DNA of 32,000 nucleotides from Candidatus Electronema halotolerans (GTDB lineage: Bacteria; Desulfobacterota; Desulfobulbia; Desulfobulbales; Desulfobulbaceae), in the NCBI GenBank assembly GCA_942493095.1, contig OW818675.1, positions 2,280,001 through 2,312,000 of the forward strand. Direction: 5' to 3'. The position numbers were made by a program, and so were the translations under genes. Below, one piece after another: positions 27,641-32,000 of this stretch (position 1 is its first letter; the number at the start of each line of letters is the position of its first letter). The notes beneath the pieces are model-generated. The model searched no databases. It had not been told where the DNA came from and worked only from the letters and a program-made list of their open reading frames with translations.

Positions 27641-28653
27641 GATGCCGCTCCGCCGCTGCTGGCCGCCCGCAGTCTGCTTAGATGGAGCAGGCCGCCCGCA
27701 AGGCCATAGAGAATGCTTTTCAGGCGCATGAGCAGGGCGGTTGAGACGGCCAAGGCCGCGCTGTAGCCGAACAGGGGAAAGAAAAAGGTGAAGGCCGCTT
27801 CCATCAGGCCAATGCCGCCAATGGACACGGGCAGATTCATGGCCAGCATGATCGCAGGCACGGCCAGCAGCATGGAATAAAAACTCACTTCCGGGAAAAA
27901 GGCAAGGGCTGTGACCCAGACATTGACCACGGCCATGAAATAAAAGAGGCAGGAAATGGCAAAGACTTGGGCCAGTACCAGCTTATTGTCCTTGTATTGC
28001 CGGACCGCGTCTTGGAGACGGCTGAGTTTGGCTAACAGGACGGCGGCAAGGCCGAAGCGGCTGCCGAGCAGTCGGGAGAGCAGTGGCAGGATGCGCTGAT
28101 CAAGGATCAGCCAGAAGATGCCGATATTCATCAGGGCCAGCAGGAGGACTCCGGCACTGAGAAGGGGCAGCTGGTAATCATGCGCCAGCACTGCTGCTGC
28201 CGCGACCAGCACCAGCGTGGCCATGCCGGACAGCCGCTCCACCAGCACTGAGGCCAAGGCTTCGTATTTTTCCCCGGAATGGCGGCTGAGTTCCCAGACC
28301 CGGACCACGTCGCCGCCCACTGCGCTGGGCAGGAACATATTGAAGAAGCGGCCTATGAAATAAAAGAGCAGCAGTCTGGCCATGCTGACTTCAATGCCCT
28401 TGCTGCGCAGCAGTATCTGCCATTTCCATGAACTGATCACGGTCAGCAGCACCCCGACCGCAAGCGAACAGGCGAGCCAGAAGCAATTGACCTGACTAAG
28501 CGTGTGCAGCAGGCTGGCCCGGCCTGCCGCGCTGTCCAAGCCGCTTTTCCAGACAACATAGGCCAGCAGCAGCACGCTGACCGCAATCTTGACGAAAAAA
28601 AAGCGGGATTTCTTTTCCCGCTGGCTTGATATGTTCTTCATCGCCGCAGGCAC
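27637..28653 (-). CDS. Flippase-like/lysylphosphatidylglycerol synthase TM-region family (UPF0104) membrane protein
   Basis: GRFFNMFLPSAVGGDVVRVWEL...NLPVSIGGIGLMEAAFTFFFPLFGYSAALAVSTALLMR. Confidence 0.85.
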   Translation of the reverse strand: MPAAMKNISSQREKKSRFFFVKIAVSVLLLAYVVWKSGLDSAAGRASLLHTLSQVNCFWLACSLAVGVLLTVISSWKWQILLRSKGIEVSMARLLLFYFIGRFFNMFLPSAVGGDVVRVWELSRHSGEKYEALASVLVERLSGMATLVLVAAAAVLAHDYQLPLLSAGVLLLALMNIGIFWLILDQRILPLLSRLLGSRFGLAAVLLAKLSRLQDAVRQYKDNKLVLAQVFAISCLFYFMAVVNVWVTALAFFPEVSFYSMLLAVPAIMLAMNLPVSIGGIGLMEAAFTFFFPLFGYSAALAVSTALLMRLKSILYGLAGGLLHLSRLRAASSGGAAS

Positions 28654-29810
28654 TGCTTGAGCAGGGCGGCAGTCGCACGGGCCTTGGCCTTTTCCGCAGG
28701 CACCAGCCGGGCCAGCTCCTCTCTCGTTGCAGCACGTTCATGCCACGCCTTGCTGATCATTGCTGCCAAGCTGTCCGCACTGAGATCAGCAAAGGGCAGC
28801 AGCCAGTCGCCTTGGCCGACTGTGCGGAGAAAACCTGCGCTTTTCGGATACGAGACAATGCCGATCATCGGCGTGTGCATGGCAGCGCAGAAAATCAGAC
28901 TGTGGGTGCGCAGGCCGGAATGCAGCTCCACCCGGCCCAGCAAGGCGGCGATTTCCTCATACGTATAATCAGCATTGGAGATAATCCGCACCCGCTCCTG
29001 CCGGGCTATCTTATCGACACACTGCTTGGTGATTTTAGTGTCCATCACTTGGGTGATGAAGAAGATCAAATCCACGTCCAGCTCGTCCATGACCCGGTCA
29101 GCAGCCCCGGCAATGGCGGCGCAGAAGCTCTCTCTGGTGAAGCTGCCCTTTTTGCTCCAGTTGTCAATGTAAGAATTGACGTTGAAGCCAATGGTTCCTT
29201 TGGGATTGCTGAACAGCCGCTCTTTGGCGATGATCTCCTCCATCCGCGCCTGCGGCGGCGGCGCAGTGTTCAAGGCGCAGTCAGCATGAACATGCAATTC
29301 CGGGCAAGGCAGGGCAAGCCGTTCCAGCAGCTCCTTGGTGTTTTGATCACGGATGACTGCCAGCTCTGTTGCCGCCAGGACCTTGGCCAAGGCTCTTTTG
29401 CCTGCGGGCCGGTCAATCGGCCCGACTGAGGCATTGTAGAGCACCAGCGGAATCCCCTTTTTTTTGCAGAAAGGCGCGAACAGGGCCACAGAAGAGAGAT
29501 AATTGAAGAGCGGATTATATAAGTTGCGGTCAAAGAGAATGTTGTCGCAAATCAGCACCGCATCAGCAGCAGTCATGGCCTTGCACAGTGGCCAGCCGAG
29601 ATTCTTGATGCAGCCGTTCCACGGCAGCAGGCCCATTGGCTTGACCTTGAACTGGCCGAAATGACGGCGGATGAAACCGGGATTGGTGGTTGGAACAAGG
29701 AATTCCGCCTGCGGCAGCTCTGCCGAGACATCGCGGAGGAGATTGCCAAGGATGGCGTTGTCTCCGGCATTGCGGCCCGAGTTGTTGCCGAGGATGGTGA
29801 TGGTGGTCAC
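28638..29810 (-). CDS. Polysaccharide pyruvyl transferase family protein
   Basis: NNSGRNAGDNAILGNLLRDV...ISNADYTYEEIAALLGRVELHSGLRTHSLIFCAAMHTPMIGI. Confidence 0.88.
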   Translation of the reverse strand: MTTITILGNNSGRNAGDNAILGNLLRDVSAELPQAEFLVPTTNPGFIRRHFGQFKVKPMGLLPWNGCIKNLGWPLCKAMTAADAVLICDNILFDRNLYNPLFNYLSSVALFAPFCKKKGIPLVLYNASVGPIDRPAGKRALAKVLAATELAVIRDQNTKELLERLALPCPELHVHADCALNTAPPPQARMEEIIAKERLFSNPKGTIGFNVNSYIDNWSKKGSFTRESFCAAIAGAADRVMDELDVDLIFFITQVMDTKITKQCVDKIARQERVRIISNADYTYEEIAALLGRVELHSGLRTHSLIFCAAMHTPMIGIVSYPKSAGFLRTVGQGDWLLPFADLSADSLAAMISKAWHERAATREELARLVPAEKAKARATAALLKQCLRR

Positions 29811-29834
29811 GTGTATGTTGGTTTCAGATTGTTG

Positions 29835-30833
29835 TCAGAGCCAGCCCTGCTGCTGATACCACTGCGCTGTTTCCGTGATGGTGCTTTCATTGCTGTGCCG
29901 GAAACGATAGTGCAGCAGCCGGTGCAGCTTGGCATTGCAGAATTGCCGGTCTTTGTCGTAAAAGGCGACCCGGCGGCGGTAGAGCGGCGGGCGGAGGCCC
30001 AAGGGTGCGCAGACTGCCTCGCAGCAATCAGCAGCCCAGTAAAAAGGCTGAATCGGCAGCCGGACAAGCACGGCTTTGCGGTGCAAGGCCGTGGCAATGA
30101 TCCGGCCCATTTCAATGATCGAGAGCGGCTGGTCATTGGCCGCGATCAGGGCCTCGCCCAAGGTCTGCTCCGCAGCAGCGGCTTGGAGAATGATTTCGGT
30201 CAGATCATCAACATGAATGAGCTGAATACGGCCTTTGCCCCTGCCCAGCATCAGAATCAGGCCCTTGTTGACCATGCGGAACATTTTCAGCATGCGTTCC
30301 TCGCCAGGACCGCAGATGGCGACTGGCCGAATGATGGAGCAGGGCAGGCCGCTGGCTTGCAGCCACTGCTCTGTCTCCAGCTTGGTGCGCTGATACCCGT
30401 CATTGGGACTGAAACGGTACTGCTCGTCCGCAGGTTCCTCGCCTGGAATATGGCCATGCACCCCGACCGTGGAGACATAGAGAAACCGTTTGAACGCAGG
30501 CTGTCCCTGCACAGCTGCGCCCATAAGCTGGGCCAGATGGAGATGAACCCGGCGGCAGCCCTCCTCTGTGGCCTCGCCCTCGCGGAAGGCGGTGGCTAAA
30601 TGAAAAATATACTCTGCTCCGGCAGCAGCCTGCCTGACAAGCTCAGGATCGGCAATATCGCCCCGGAACCAAGTGATGCCCAAGCCGTCCAGCTCGTCAG
30701 TTTTTGACGAAGGACGAACGATGGCGCTGATTTTCGCTCCGGCAGCAGCCAGCTTTTTGCTTAAAACCCTGCCAGTAAAGCCGGTGGCTCCGGTGATCAA
30801 AACCTTGGCATTCTGGAACTGCTCATGCGCCAT
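29835..30833 (-). CDS. NAD-dependent epimerase/dehydratase
   Basis: KVLITGATGFTGRVLSKKLAAAGAKISAIVR..., LYVSTVGVHG...YQRTKLETEQWLQ, SIIRPVAICGPGEERMLKMF. Confidence 0.92.
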   Translation of the reverse strand: MAHEQFQNAKVLITGATGFTGRVLSKKLAAAGAKISAIVRPSSKTDELDGLGITWFRGDIADPELVRQAAAGAEYIFHLATAFREGEATEEGCRRVHLHLAQLMGAAVQGQPAFKRFLYVSTVGVHGHIPGEEPADEQYRFSPNDGYQRTKLETEQWLQASGLPCSIIRPVAICGPGEERMLKMFRMVNKGLILMLGRGKGRIQLIHVDDLTEIILQAAAAEQTLGEALIAANDQPLSIIEMGRIIATALHRKAVLVRLPIQPFYWAADCCEAVCAPLGLRPPLYRRRVAFYDKDRQFCNAKLHRLLHYRFRHSNESTITETAQWYQQQGWL

Positions 30834-31025
30834 TTTTTCACATCTCCTGAGGAGGAAGGCTGCTGCTTGAAATTGGGGACATTATAGCGCAGCAGCCGGA
30901 GCAGTTCAAGGAAAGATGGGGACGGCCCGCCTTTGGCTGGACTGCCCCGCTTCAACTTGAACTCTGGCGCGCAATCGGGTATTACTTTGCCATCTGCATT
31001 CACCCCAGCCAAGGACTGCGCCCCT

Positions 31026-32000
31026 ATGAACCGGAACCGAATCGCCCTCAGCCTCTTTCTCACCGCTTTGACCACCCTGATGGCCGAACTGGCCTTGGTG
31101 CGGATTTTCGATGTGATCTGGTATGCCAACAAAGCCTACATGATCATCACGATGGTCATGTTCTGCTTCGGACTGGCCGGGGTGCAGCAGTCCCTCTGGC
31201 CCGTGCGGAAGGAGAAGCGGCTGAGGACTAAACTTGCAGGACTGGCCTTTTTTTTCGGCCTCTTCCTGCTCGTGCTGCTGCCTGCGGTCAACAGCCTGCC
31301 GCTCAATTTAGCCAACATTCAAGCCAGTTCCGGCAAGGACATTGCCGCCTTTGCCGCTCTGTATCTGCTTTTAGCCACGCCATTTTTTCTCTCCGGCCTG
31401 CTCTTCACCATTATTTTCTCGGCCTATTCTGAGGATATTCAGCGGCTCTACTTCTGGGACTTGGCCGGAGCCGCTGTCGGCTGCTTGGTGCTGATTCCTG
31501 TCCTGCCGTACATTGGCCCGGCAGGCGCGCTCTTTCTCGGCAGCGGTCTCTGCTGGATCACCGCCGGTCTGCTGGCTGAAGGCAGATTCTGGCAAAGGCT
31601 GCTGCCGCTGCTCGGCATTGCCGTTGCCGCAGTCCCGATGATCAAATCCTTCGCCGCTCCTGCCTATTCCCCGGACCGCTACTTTGAATTCCAGCATCAT
31701 GTCTCCAAGCGGGGCGTGCGGGAAAGCTATGCCAAGGAAACTGTGGAAATGAGCCAGTGGGATCCGATCAGCAAAATTGATGTGATCAATATCGGCAGGG
31801 CCAAGCACATTGCCTATGACGGCGGCACCCAGTCCAGCTTCATCTATCCCTTTGACGGCGACTTTGCCAAGCTGCGGGCCGCCCTGCCCAAGGCGACCAC
31901 AGCCAATTTCGGCGGCCAGAATGTCTATCTCAGCCACTGGCTGAAGCGGGATAGCAACGCTGAAGTGCTGATTATCGGCGCGGCTGGCGGTCAGGAAACC
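31026..32000 (+). CDS. Membrane-embedded spermidine synthase-like protein (partial, runs off the right edge)
   Basis: ATG at 31026: MNRNRIALSLFLTALTTLMAELALVRIFDVIWYANKAYMIITMVMFCFGLAG..., multi-TM then HIAYDGGTQSSFIYPFDG...VLIIGAAGGQET (start of SAM-binding Rossmann motif). Confidence 0.85.
   Translation, partial: MNRNRIALSLFLTALTTLMAELALVRIFDVIWYANKAYMIITMVMFCFGLAGVQQSLWPVRKEKRLRTKLAGLAFFFGLFLLVLLPAVNSLPLNLANIQASSGKDIAAFAALYLLLATPFFLSGLLFTIIFSAYSEDIQRLYFWDLAGAAVGCLVLIPVLPYIGPAGALFLGSGLCWITAGLLAEGRFWQRLLPLLGIAVAAVPMIKSFAAPAYSPDRYFEFQHHVSKRGVRESYAKETVEMSQWDPISKIDVINIGRAKHIAYDGGTQSSFIYPFDGDFAKLRAALPKATTANFGGQNVYLSHWLKRDSNAEVLIIGAAGGQET

Overview
The window is mostly a well-organised, GC-rich bacterial chromosome segment of probable sulfate-reducing/sulfur-metabolising Desulfobulbales-like affiliation; that assignment is an inference from the aprBA and qmoABC genes. 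Minus-strand blocks: (1) tRNA-Thr(TGT)-Tyr-Gly-Thr(GGT)-tuf-rpmG-tRNA-Trp-secE-nusG-rplKAJL-rpoB, with a consensus sigma70 promoter and an rplL/rpoB hairpin terminator; (2) aprBA and qmoABC, separated by an AT-rich cassette of three small ORFs; (3) mogA-like, tatC, a hypothetical gene, coaBC, a lipoprotein and a nitroreductase; (4) a five-gene surface-polysaccharide-type operon. A plus-strand spermidine-synthase-like membrane protein runs off the right end. The most interesting region is 20151-24498 (+). It is a three-gene accessory operon (small TM/Gly-Lys protein, uncharacterised 275-aa protein, N-domain plus TPR protein). Its middle gene is cleanly interrupted by a complete 1601-bp IS66-family element with 14-bp terminal inverted repeats and an 8-bp target duplication (CCAGAATC). 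Removing the IS restores one continuous reading frame. Other notable items: near-identical 123-bp TPR repeats, the AT-rich cassette with a shared 'DRSVKNY.GSMNNV.TG' motif, and a three-arm palindrome/terminator structure at 25455-25520.
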